Source: an uncultured Bacteroidota bacterium (GTDB lineage Bacteria; Bacteroidota; Ignavibacteria; UBA10030; UBA6906). From it: a stretch of DNA of 64,000 nucleotides. How positions within the stretch are numbered: position 1 is the first letter of the stretch; each line of letters opens with the position of its first letter. Positions 1 to 8,528 of the stretch are shown piece after piece. A program made the position numbers and the translations under genes. The DNA is taken from positions 542,921 to 606,920 of the forward strand of contig CAVZWW010000001.1 of NCBI GenBank assembly GCA_963779225.1, read 5' to 3'. The notes beneath the pieces were generated by a model that had not been told where the DNA came from, did no database searches, and worked only from the letters and a program-made list of their open reading frames with translations.

Positions 1-7
1 AGGAACG

Positions 8-1210
8 ATGCGGTTGCATGACGAGGTTGTACCTGCAAGAACGATAACACCGGTTCTCCGGACGACTGCGCTTGTCCGGGCCGGTAAAATGCGTGTAAAA
101 AAGATACCGCTGGAACTCAGGCGCAAACAACCCGATTTCGCAGGCGAGCGCCGCCGGTTCAAACGCATTGTGTGGCGTCTCAAAGAGGATTCGCAATTCC
201 AGAGAACGGTCGTCCAGGCTGCGTTTGTGCTCCTGTGTATCTGGATCGGGATCGAATTCTTCCTCTTTATGCGCTGGGGGATGTCCGGGGGCCAGGAGAC
301 GTTCTTCCCCCGCCCACCCGGCGTAGAGGGCTTCCTGCCCATCAGTGCGTTGATCAGCGTGAAGTACTGGTTCCATACGGGAATACTCAACAGCATCCAC
401 CCCTCCGGTTTCGTCATCCTCCTCGGGATTGTTGTGGTGAGCGTGGTTCTGAAGAAAGCCTTCTGCAGCTGGCTCTGTCCCGTGGGGACGCTCAGTGAGT
501 CCCTCTGGATGCTGGGCCAACGACTTTTCAAGGGTACGCTTACACTTCCCCGCTGGCTGGACTATCCTCTCCGGTCCCTGAAGTATCTGCTGCTGGTCTT
601 CTTTGTCTGGTCCATCTGGAACATGGACGTCGATGCCCTCCGGGAATTCATCTACAGCCCGTATAACAAGATGGCCGACGTGAAGATGTACCTGTTCTTT
701 GTGCACATTTCCACTTTTGCCCTCGGCACGATCCTCGTCCTTGTCCTTCTGTCAGTGGTGATAAAGAATTTCTGGTGCAGATTTCTCTGCCCGTACGGGG
801 CTTTGCTGGGGATCACGGGCTGGCTGAGCCCGCTCAAGATCACGCGCAACACACAGACGTGTGTGGACTGTGAGTTGTGCACGAAGGCCTGTCCCGCGTC
901 CATCAAGGTCCATAAAGCAAAGCGTGTCTGGAGTGATGAATGCAGCAGTTGTATGGCGTGCGTTGCGGTGTGCCCGGTGAAGGCCACACTTGATGTGCGC
1001 ATCAGCACGCGTGGACCGGCCGTGCCCACGTGGGTGTACGGGACGCTCGTGGCGGGGCTCTTTGTCGCCGTCACGGGTCTGGCGATGCTGAGCGGGTTCT
1101 GGCAGAACGGCATTACCCGTGAAGAATATCAACGGCGATTCCAGACCCTGGATGCACCGGTGTATCAACACTTCCGCGGACAGGTGCCGCAGTATGGTCC
1201 CAATGACTGA
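8..1210 (+). CDS. Membrane-bound 4Fe-4S polyferredoxin (NapH/MauN/RnfB-like)
   Basis: 400-aa ORF with hydrophobic TM stretches interleaved with Cys motifs CSWLCPVGT, CRFLCPYGA, CVDCELCTKACP, CSSCMACVAVCP (two CxxCxxCxxxCP ferredoxin clusters). Start may be upstream of the window or at an internal Met (about 86). Paralogous to the 46719-48296 gene. Confidence 0.6.
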   Translation: MRLHDEVVPARTITPVLRTTALVRAGKMRVKKIPLELRRKQPDFAGERRRFKRIVWRLKEDSQFQRTVVQAAFVLLCIWIGIEFFLFMRWGMSGGQETFFPRPPGVEGFLPISALISVKYWFHTGILNSIHPSGFVILLGIVVVSVVLKKAFCSWLCPVGTLSESLWMLGQRLFKGTLTLPRWLDYPLRSLKYLLLVFFVWSIWNMDVDALREFIYSPYNKMADVKMYLFFVHISTFALGTILVLVLLSVVIKNFWCRFLCPYGALLGITGWLSPLKITRNTQTCVDCELCTKACPASIKVHKAKRVWSDECSSCMACVAVCPVKATLDVRISTRGPAVPTWVYGTLVAGLFVAVTGLAMLSGFWQNGITREEYQRRFQTLDAPVYQHFRGQVPQYGPND

Positions 1211-1964
1211 TACACGGACGGCCGTGGCCGGCTTCTACGACCGGTTGTCTCCTGACTATGATGCAATGACCGGTTTTGAGCAACGGTTCGAGCGGGAACG
1301 GCCGTTCTTCAAGGGGCTGGTGGAGCAGTGGCATATCCGGTCGGCGATTGACGCGGGAACCGGGACGGGGTTCCATGCGCTTCTCCTGGCCCAGCTCGGC
1401 GTGGATGTGACCGCCGTGGATCTTTCTCCGAACATGATTTCCTCTCTCGCAGGGCATGCAAAGGAAATGGGTATTACCCTCCGCACACATGTGGCAGGCT
1501 TTTCCGACCTTCCCCGGTTGATCGAACAACCCGTCGATGCGGTAGTGTCGCTCGGCAATACTCTTGCGCACATTCTAACGCCGGAAGAACTGCATGAAGC
1601 GATGGTTTCCTTCGCCGCGGTGTTGAAGCCCGAAGGCATCCTGTTCGCCCAATTGCTGAACTACCGCAGGATCCTTGCTTCGCGCGAGACTCTGGTGAAC
1701 GTTAAAGAAGTGAACGGCAAACGGTACAGCCGCAGGTATGAATATCCCGCAGGACGTATCAGATTCACGATTACCCGGGAGGATCTCACGGGTCAGTCGG
1801 CAACCGTGTCCGAGAGTGTGGATTTGAATCCGATTATGGATGACGAGCTCGTTGCCGTCCTGCGTGCAGCCGGGTTCGCGCAGATCGGGTTATATGGTGG
1901 TGTGAACATGGACCCCTACATTCCAGAGACCTCAAAGGATCTGGTGATCCTTGCCGGCAGGTGA
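1203..1964 (+). CDS. Class I SAM-dependent methyltransferase
   Basis: Motif I IDAGTGTGFHALLLAQLG followed by the acidic loop VDLSPNM. Chosen start ATG 1203 overlaps the upstream stop (ATGACTGA), implying translational coupling; the ORF track begins at 1119. Confidence 0.6.
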   Translation: MTDTRTAVAGFYDRLSPDYDAMTGFEQRFERERPFFKGLVEQWHIRSAIDAGTGTGFHALLLAQLGVDVTAVDLSPNMISSLAGHAKEMGITLRTHVAGFSDLPRLIEQPVDAVVSLGNTLAHILTPEELHEAMVSFAAVLKPEGILFAQLLNYRRILASRETLVNVKEVNGKRYSRRYEYPAGRIRFTITREDLTGQSATVSESVDLNPIMDDELVAVLRAAGFAQIGLYGGVNMDPYIPETSKDLVILAGR

Positions 1965-2116
1965 TCCACGGGGAGTCAGGAACACCGGAGGAACGCGGGC
2001 TGCCTTCCCTGCGTTCGAAAAGAGGGAAGATCATCAAGGAGCCGGGGTTCGTAGCCATGCTCATCGACATTGAAGGGAACAGGTTTGCGCGCCATTCCAT
2101 GGCATAAGGCGGATCA

Positions 2117-2536
2117 ATGAGCCCGGGGTATGAGATTCTCGAGCACCCGGCGGACGTCGGCATCGAGGCGCGGGGACCGTCCCTGGCGGATGCTTTTGCG
2201 CAAGCGGCAGAAGGGCTGATGTCCGTCATACTTGATCCCACCCATGTGGTTCTGCGGGAATCGCGAAGGATAACGCTCACTGCCTCCGACACAGACCAAT
2301 TGCTCGTACGCTGGCTCTCCGAGATACTGTATCTGTTCGATGGGTGTGGGTTCGCGGGCTCCCGGTTTGATATCGAGATCCCTTCTCCTGCATCGCTCAT
2401 CGCGACCGTGCACGGAGAGATATTCTCCCCGTTGCGCCACACCGTGCGCACGGATGTGAAGGCGGTGACATATCATCTGCTCCATATACAGCAAAGCCCG
2501 GATGAGTGTGTGGTGAGGGTCTATTTGGACATCTAG
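2117..2536 (+). CDS. Archease (RtcB activator/chaperone)
   Basis: 139 aa; the N-terminus YEILEHPADVGIEARGPSLADAFAQAAEGLMSVILD matches the archease family signature (…EHTADIGI…). It lies directly upstream of rtcB. Confidence 0.75.
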   Translation: MSPGYEILEHPADVGIEARGPSLADAFAQAAEGLMSVILDPTHVVLRESRRITLTASDTDQLLVRWLSEILYLFDGCGFAGSRFDIEIPSPASLIATVHGEIFSPLRHTVRTDVKAVTYHLLHIQQSPDECVVRVYLDI

Positions 2537-2586
2537 AGACCGTCGTGCCACCGTCAGCGCACCGACCCCGAAAAGCAAAACCCCAC

Positions 2587-2782
2587 CGAAACGAACATCC
2601 TTGGGATCAACACCTTCAGGACGAGTGTCCCGGGACGAATGCCTTAGGGGGGAACGCCGCTGAAATGACATGTCCGGGGCGAAGACCTCGAGGCAACCAC
2701 TCCGGGAGGAACACCCTCGGGACAAACGGTCCCGAGCCACACCCCCTCCGGACGAACGCCTTCGGTGCGAACACTCCCGAGG
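2587..2782. repeat. About 13 tandem degenerate copies of a 14-15-nt unit (consensus roughly cGAACayCCyyGGGa) in the archease-rtcB spacer
   Basis: Read directly: gaacatccttggga / caacaccttcagga / cgagtgtcccggga / cgaatgccttagggg / tgacatgtccgggg / cgaagacctcgagg / caaccactccgggag / gaacaccctcggga / caaacggtcccgag / gacgaacgccttcggtg / cgaacactcccgagg. Many units hold short palindromes (CCCGGG, CCTCGAGG, CTCCGGGAG) and GGA/GGGA motifs. The ORFs the track places here (2506-2799+, 2616-2822-) show the same periodicity at amino-acid level and are repeat artefacts. Confidence 0.5.
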
Positions 2783-2864
2783 CAGAGACTTGCGAGTGAT
2801 CTTCTGCCCGGCTATCTTGCACTAATGCACAGAAGAACTGTTTCTGTCAGATGAGAGGATCCCC

Positions 2865-4298
2865 ATGTCCGGCTCATTCCGTTCCGTAGACCCATACCGC
2901 CACATCCTCCCGATGACATACAAGTCGGGGATGCGAATTGAGGGTATGGTCTATGCGGATGCCGAGCTGTTGAGACAAATTGAATCGGACCTGACCTGCG
3001 AGCAAATAGCCAACGTTGCCACACTTCCCGGCATGGTCGGCCGCTCGCTGGCAATGCCGGATGCGCACCAGGGGTACGGGTTTTGCATCGGGGGAGTCGC
3101 GGCCGCCGATCTTCAGGACGGCGTAGTGTCCGCCGGGGGTGTGGGCTTTGATATTAACTGCGGTGTCCGCCTTCTTGCTGCTGATGCCGATCCTGGCGAC
3201 GTGCGAGGTAGACTGGAAGAGCTGCTGTCCAGGCTGTTCCGCGACATCCCCTGCGGCACGGGGAAAAAGGGAGTTCTGGACCTCGGAATCAGAGAGTTGG
3301 ACGGGGTACTGCGTGAGGGTGCCCGATGGGCGGTGTCCCGGACGTACGGGCGCGAAGAGGATCTGACACGTATTGAGGAATCCGGATGCTTGCCCGGCGC
3401 AGATCCCGATCTTGTCAGCGCCCGGGCAAAAGAGCGGGGACACACCCAACTGGGAACCCTGGGTTCGGGGAATCACTTCATTGAAATCCAGTATGTGGCG
3501 GAGATCTATGACGGTCCCGTTGCAGCCGCCTTCGGTATCCGCCGGGACCAGATTGTCGTGTTGATACATAGCGGATCGCGGGGGCTTGGCCACCAGGTCT
3601 GCACGGACTATCTGGATCTTATGCACGACGGAATGAAGCGTTACCGGATCTCGGTGCCGGACCGTCAGCTTGCATGCGTGCCCGTGGGATCGAAGGAAGG
3701 GCGACAGTATCTGGCGGCCATGGCGGGAGCGGCCAATTTCGCCTTCGCAAACCGTCAGATGATGACACACTGGATCCGGGAGGTGTTCCGGAAGGTGATT
3801 GGCGATGCCGGTCTCCGGGTGGTCTACGACGTCTGTCACAATATCGCGAAACAGGAGAGCCACCTGGTGGACAAATCCCGCAGATCCGTTCTTGTCCACC
3901 GGAAAGGGGCGACCCGTGCGTTTCCGAAAGGGCATATGGCGCTGCCCCCTGACCTCCGGGAGGTCGGCCAACCGGTGCTGATTCCGGGAAGCATGGGTAC
4001 CGCCTCATACATTCTGGTTGGAACCGAGAGAGCCATGGAGGAAACATTTGGCTCGGCATGCCATGGTGCCGGACGCGCAAAAAGCCGTACCCGTGCAAAA
4101 GCCGGGACGTCGGCGGAAGCGCTCTTCCACGACATGGCACGCCGTGGTGTTCTGGTCCGGGGCCAGAGCAAAGCGGGCCTCACGGAAGAACAACCCGATG
4201 CCTACAAAGACGTTCACCGTGTGGTTGATGTTGTGCATTCGGCGGGCATCGCGCGCAAAGTGGCAAAGCTTGTCCCCCTCGCAGTGATGAAAGGCTGA
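2865..4298 (+). CDS. rtcB: RNA-splicing ligase RtcB (3'-phosphate/5'-OH RNA ligase)
   Basis: 477 aa; RtcB hallmarks GSGNHFIEIQ, HSGSRGLGHQ, CHNIA, LIPGSMGTASYILVG, ACHGAGR (metal-binding His/Cys and the GMP-histidine region). RBS gagagga 8 nt upstream of ATG. Confidence 0.9.
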   Translation: MSGSFRSVDPYRHILPMTYKSGMRIEGMVYADAELLRQIESDLTCEQIANVATLPGMVGRSLAMPDAHQGYGFCIGGVAAADLQDGVVSAGGVGFDINCGVRLLAADADPGDVRGRLEELLSRLFRDIPCGTGKKGVLDLGIRELDGVLREGARWAVSRTYGREEDLTRIEESGCLPGADPDLVSARAKERGHTQLGTLGSGNHFIEIQYVAEIYDGPVAAAFGIRRDQIVVLIHSGSRGLGHQVCTDYLDLMHDGMKRYRISVPDRQLACVPVGSKEGRQYLAAMAGAANFAFANRQMMTHWIREVFRKVIGDAGLRVVYDVCHNIAKQESHLVDKSRRSVLVHRKGATRAFPKGHMALPPDLREVGQPVLIPGSMGTASYILVGTERAMEETFGSACHGAGRAKSRTRAKAGTSAEALFHDMARRGVLVRGQSKAGLTEEQPDAYKDVHRVVDVVHSAGIARKVAKLVPLAVMKG

Positions 4299-4301
4299 TA
4301 T

Positions 4302-4739
4302 ATGAAAGACACCGACCCGAGGATGCACTCGGCCGAACACATCCTCTCGGCAACACTTGTCGCAATGTTCGGTATGGGACGGCCGTTCACCACCCATCTG
4401 GAGAAGAAGAAATCGAAGGCCGACTACCATTTCGGCAGAACGCTGACACCGGGAGAAGCAGGAGAAGTGGAACGCTGCGTCAATGAAGTGATCGACAGGG
4501 ATCTTCCGGTCTCTGAAGAATTCCTGCCGGCTGAAGTCGCGTCTTCGATGTTTGACCTGTCCCGCCTGCCCGGGGAATCGGCCGCCAGCGTGCGGATCGT
4601 GAGAATCGGAACATATGACGCCTGTCCATGTGCGGGAGCACATGTCCGCTCGACGCGGGAGATAGGCCGGTTCCGGCTGATCTCCTGGTCGCATGAGGAA
4701 GGTGCACTGCGGCTCCGGTTCAAACTCGACCAGGGCTGA
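4302..4739 (+). CDS. AlaX-S-like tRNA editing domain protein (threonyl/alanyl-tRNA synthetase second additional domain)
   Basis: 145 aa, starts 3 nt after the rtcB stop. Carries the two Zn-binding motifs of the tRNA_SAD/AlaX editing fold: HSAEHIL (HxxxH) and CPCAGAHV (CxxxH). Confidence 0.55.
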   Translation: MKDTDPRMHSAEHILSATLVAMFGMGRPFTTHLEKKKSKADYHFGRTLTPGEAGEVERCVNEVIDRDLPVSEEFLPAEVASSMFDLSRLPGESAASVRIVRIGTYDACPCAGAHVRSTREIGRFRLISWSHEEGALRLRFKLDQG

Positions 4740-4814
4740 GATGCACTTCCAAAAAAGTCTTCGTATATTGTCCGGTGACAATCGCGCCTGTTTCACTACC
4801 TGCACCGAAAACCA

Positions 4815-5633
4815 GTGAATAGGAAATTTCTGGGATTGCTGACCGCACTGCTCAGCGGCGGAATACTATGCGCTCCCGTAGTACTTTCGCTTCATGCCCT
4901 CGACAGCGTCGAACCCACGCCCGGTTCGATCGTTCTGGCCGATGAAGAGGAATTGACATATGAAGTCACCTGGTCGTTCGTCACGCTGGGTATCGTTCGC
5001 GTGAAAGCGAAACCGGACCTTACCGTTCAGGCATGGATTGACTCCTACGAGGGTCTGCCCTACGTGGATTTGCACTCCATCTACTACTCCAGGATGGATT
5101 CGTCCCTGTATTCGTCCAGTTCCTGGTCTCTGGACAAACAGGAAGACGGAGAGTGGACCGGACTAAACTATATCTATGATCCGCCCAGCAGGCGTCTCGC
5201 CATTGAGGAGGTTCGTCAGAAGGACCCCCACAGCGCGCCGCATCTTCGCAAAATGCGGGATACGCTTGTGTTGACCGAGCCATCGTTTCTGGATGGGATC
5301 TCCATCGCGTTCTTTCCACGAACGCTGGTTCACACCGCCCGGTCTGTCGGCGTGCCAACGGTCCTTCGTGAAAAGCTTGGCATCACGACGTTCTACCTTC
5401 CGGGAGAACGCACAACGGTGGACCTGGATGCCGTGGACTATCCCGTGCGCGCGATTGAGATGGAGGGTACCACAACGGTGGTGGGCGTATTCGGAATGAC
5501 CGGGGATTTCAAAGGATGGTTCAGTGACGACGCATATGCAGTTCCGCTGAAAGGCAAGCTGAAAGTGCTGCTCGGATCGGTCACCATGGAACTTGTGAAG
5601 TGGAAGCGTGGATCGTGGAACCCGCCTCAATGA
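4815..5633 (+). CDS. Hypothetical secreted protein (possibly DUF3108-like)
   Basis: GTG start; N-terminal signal peptide LGLLTALLSGGILCAPVVLSLHA; no catalytic motifs recognised. Confidence 0.35.
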   Translation: MNRKFLGLLTALLSGGILCAPVVLSLHALDSVEPTPGSIVLADEEELTYEVTWSFVTLGIVRVKAKPDLTVQAWIDSYEGLPYVDLHSIYYSRMDSSLYSSSSWSLDKQEDGEWTGLNYIYDPPSRRLAIEEVRQKDPHSAPHLRKMRDTLVLTEPSFLDGISIAFFPRTLVHTARSVGVPTVLREKLGITTFYLPGERTTVDLDAVDYPVRAIEMEGTTTVVGVFGMTGDFKGWFSDDAYAVPLKGKLKVLLGSVTMELVKWKRGSWNPPQ

Positions 5634-5725
5634 CGAAGAAACGGAGTCATGCGCGCGTCAGTGGTGGTCCAGGGGCACCTCACAGTACGATGACGGCGCC
5701 CGGGGCCATCGTAGCCGGCGAAGGG

Positions 5726-7087
5726 ATGAGCGAAAAGAAGCGTATCGCCCTGACTTCGGTCTTTGCTGCAATCTTCATCACGGGGCTCAAACTGGTGGTC
5801 GGCCTGGAGACGAACAGTCTGGGGTTACTCTCCGAGGCGGCACATTCGGGCCTGGATTTTCTGGCCGCGCTCATGACGTATGTTGCGGTTCGGGTCGCCG
5901 ACCGCCCCCCCGACCGGGAACATCAGTACGGGCACGGAAAAATTGAAAACCTCTCGGCTTTCCTTGAGACGCTCCTCCTGTTCATCACCTGCGCCTGGAT
6001 TATCTGGGAGGCGGTCCATCGTCTGGTGACGAAAAGCGCACACGTCGAATCCAGCATCTGGAGTTTTGTCGTCATCGCCATTGCTATCGTTGTGGACATC
6101 AGCCGTTCCCGGGCGCTGTCCCGCGTTGCCAAGAAGTACCGGAGTCAGGCTCTGGAAGCGGATGCCCTGCACTTTTCCAGCGATGTCTGGAGTTCACTCG
6201 TCGTACTGATGGGATTGGTCTGTGTGGCGTTCGGGTATGACTGGGTAGATGCTGTGGCGGCGATCGGAGTGGCTCTTCTGGTCCTCTTTGTGAGTTATCG
6301 CCTTGGACGCCGGACGATCGACGCGTTGATGGACAGGGTTCCCGAGGGGTTGTACGAACAGGTGCTCGAGGCTGTCCGTGGAGTGGACGGCGTTGCGGAG
6401 GTGCGCAGCATCCGCCTCAGGCCGTCAGGGGCCAAGGTGTTCGTGGATACCACCATTGCCATCCGGCGGACCACGCCCTTCCAGCTCGCACATACGATCA
6501 TGGATGACGTGGAACAGGCTATTCACGTTCACTATCGCGACATGGATGTGGTGGTCCATGCCGAACCGTATGAGAGCGACGATGAGACGATTGCCGACAA
6601 GATCCGCATGATCGTCATCGGCAGAGGGCTGCCTCCACCCCACAACCTGGAGGTGCATAATGCGGACGGCCGGTATCACGTGGAGTTTGATGTCGAGTAC
6701 GTGGAGGGGAAGAGCCTTGTCGAGGCGCATGACGTCGCCGACGAAATCGAGCGTGACATCCGCGCCGGACTTGCCTCTGTGGACAACGTGACCATCCACA
6801 TGGAAGAGAGCGGTTCCGATGAAAATCGGGTCAATGCCTCCGCGGGTGACGAGAACCTCCGGTCCGACATCACGGCCTTTGTCCGGAAAGATAAGCGGAT
6901 TGTGGATTGCACGAGTGTCCGGCTCTTCCATATCGGTGACCGGTACAATCTTTCCATCAACTGCTCGTTTGACCGTTCACTCACTCTTGAGGAAGTGCAT
7001 CGTGTTATTTCCCAGCTGGAGACGAAGTTGTACGACCATTTTGCGCATCTCCGGCGGGTGACCATTCACGCCGAGCCCTCGTCGTAG
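5726..7087 (+). CDS. Cation diffusion facilitator (CDF) metal efflux transporter with three tandem C-terminal cytoplasmic domains
   Basis: TM1-TM2 region LTSVFAAIFITGLKLVVGLETNSLGLLSEAAHSGLDFLAALMTYVAVRVADRPPDREHQYGHGKIENLSAF carries the CDF signature. It is followed by three CTD-like repeats, each ending …V(V/T)IH(A/M)EP (HVHYRDMDVVVHAEP; VDNVTIHMEESG; LRRVTIHAEP). Start chosen at MSEKKR (5726); the track ORF begins at 5600. Confidence 0.7.
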   Translation: MSEKKRIALTSVFAAIFITGLKLVVGLETNSLGLLSEAAHSGLDFLAALMTYVAVRVADRPPDREHQYGHGKIENLSAFLETLLLFITCAWIIWEAVHRLVTKSAHVESSIWSFVVIAIAIVVDISRSRALSRVAKKYRSQALEADALHFSSDVWSSLVVLMGLVCVAFGYDWVDAVAAIGVALLVLFVSYRLGRRTIDALMDRVPEGLYEQVLEAVRGVDGVAEVRSIRLRPSGAKVFVDTTIAIRRTTPFQLAHTIMDDVEQAIHVHYRDMDVVVHAEPYESDDETIADKIRMIVIGRGLPPPHNLEVHNADGRYHVEFDVEYVEGKSLVEAHDVADEIERDIRAGLASVDNVTIHMEESGSDENRVNASAGDENLRSDITAFVRKDKRIVDCTSVRLFHIGDRYNLSINCSFDRSLTLEEVHRVISQLETKLYDHFAHLRRVTIHAEPSS

Positions 7088-7194
7088 CCGCTAAGGAGAC
7101 AGTGCCACACCACCCGTGCGGCACCAAAATCCCACCTGAGACTCTGAAACTCCCGTTTACCCCCTTTTCCCCCTCTCTTGTGCGTAACAGATAC

Positions 7195-7209
7195 TGGCAC
7201 ACTGCTTGA
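7195..7209 (+). promoter_or_regulatory. Possible sigma54 (-24/-12) promoter-like element upstream of the cytochrome cluster
   Basis: TGGCAC-actgc-TTGAa against consensus TGGCAC-N5-TTGCA (-12 is GA not GC), 225 nt upstream of the 7435 ATG. A sigma54 activator is encoded elsewhere in the window. Confidence 0.2.
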
Positions 7210-7434
7210 ATGTCTGATGGCATCCAATCAGGATGGCTCATCTCCATCAGAGGTGCAGTCGTGCAGAAACTGTCTCTCCAGGATATCCGTATCCGGCCAA
7301 ACACACCGAGCGGGGAACGAAAAGACCTCCAGCATCGGTTTACATAATAGGGTTAAGCGGCACCCTGACGGCCGGACTTGATTTGATTTCCACGGACTCT
7401 CCACAATACGCCTCATCATCAGCTGGATACTCCG

Positions 7435-7836
7435 ATGACCACCAAGACTCAGATCTCCCTTCTGTTGTCTCTTGCTCTTCTTGCCGGGTGCAAGGATGCA
7501 GGCACCGAGCCGCAATCAGACCCGGTGACTCCACCGCCACCGGGTGCGACGGTTTCGTTTTCCCAGCAGGTGCTGCCCATCCTGACGGCAAAGGGGTGCA
7601 CCGGATGCCATGGTGGTAGCGGTGGGCTGGTTGTCGGCACGGTGGCCGATCTTCTTGCCGGCGGCAACCATGGACCTGCGGTGGTAGCGGGGGACGGGGC
7701 CGGCAGCAACCTGGTGAAGAAACTGATTGCTCCTCCCCCCTTTGGCGAGCGCATGCCTCTGGGCGGTTCGCAATTGCCCGACAGCACAATCACGGTCATA
7801 CGGACATGGATCAATCAGGGGGCGAATAACAACTGA
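7435..7836 (+). CDS. Monoheme c-type cytochrome lipoprotein, PSCyt1 (Planctomycete cytochrome c)-like domain
   Basis: Lipobox LLAGC; single CTGCH heme site followed by the family spacing …GGNHGPAVVAG…LIAPPPFGERMPLGG…VIRTWINQGA. Confidence 0.55.
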   Translation: MTTKTQISLLLSLALLAGCKDAGTEPQSDPVTPPPPGATVSFSQQVLPILTAKGCTGCHGGSGGLVVGTVADLLAGGNHGPAVVAGDGAGSNLVKKLIAPPPFGERMPLGGSQLPDSTITVIRTWINQGANNN

Positions 7837-7986
7837 CCGCTCGTTGTGGAGTTTATCGAGCCGGGAAGGTGAGGGGTAGCCGCAAGGAGTGAAGCGGGAG
7901 TCTCTGCGGGCAGATGAACGGCGTGGTCGTCGTTTGATCTTCCATCAGGATATGCGTATCATCCGGAAAGCCGAGGAAGGTGTAAA

Positions 7987-8457
7987 ATGGGGAAGATTCT
8001 CAAGGTTGGAGGCATAGGCCTCGCCATTTTGCTGATTGCGATACAGTTCTTCAGGCCGGAGCGTTCGAATCCGGCCGTAGATCCCGCAGGTGATATCGCC
8101 GCCCAGATGTCGGTTCCTCCCGCGGTCCGGTCGATACTCGAGCGGTCCTGCTACGATTGTCATTCAACCAAGACGCGATGGCCGTGGTACACCAATGTCG
8201 CTCCGGTTTCATGGCTTGTTGTTCATGATGTGGACGAAGGGCGGGAACACCTCAATTTGTCGGAATGGGGCTCCTACAAACAGGGAAAACGCATATCGCG
8301 GCTGGACATGATGATCAGTGAAGTGGACAAAGGCGAGATGCCTCCGACAACCTACCTTCTCCTGCACGGAGAGGCCGCGCTGACCGAGGCCGACAAGGAT
8401 ATTCTCTGTGCCTGGGCGGAGCAGCTCAGCGACAGTCTTACCGCCGCCGGCAAGTGA
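7987..8457 (+). CDS. Membrane-anchored heme-binding-domain protein (CxxCH; Haem_bd-type)
   Basis: N-terminal TM helix ILKVGGIGLAILLIAIQFF; CYDCHSTKTRWPWYTNVAPVSWLV heme motif; later MPP motif. RBS gaggaagg upstream. Confidence 0.5.
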   Translation: MGKILKVGGIGLAILLIAIQFFRPERSNPAVDPAGDIAAQMSVPPAVRSILERSCYDCHSTKTRWPWYTNVAPVSWLVVHDVDEGREHLNLSEWGSYKQGKRISRLDMMISEVDKGEMPPTTYLLLHGEAALTEADKDILCAWAEQLSDSLTAAGK

Positions 8458-8528
8458 GCCTGACGGTTCAGGGAATAGATCTCCCTGACCGGCCAGCGAG
8501 TGACAATACCAATCACGAGGACAGACGG

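Noticed and set aside
2506-2822. ORFs 2506-2799 (+) and 2616-2822 (-) inside the archease-rtcB spacer
   Set aside because: Their amino-acid repeats (GTNALGGNA / GRNTLGTNG; VFAPKAFV / PFVPRVFLP) simply mirror the underlying 15-nt DNA repeats on both strands. Neither has an RBS or a plausible fold, so the region is treated as non-coding repeat/possible RNA.
7233-7619. 128-aa + ORF overlapping the start of the PSCyt1 cytochrome gene
   Set aside because: Out of frame with the well-supported lipoprotein gene (signal peptide + lipobox + CxxCH), it has no motifs and no RBS.
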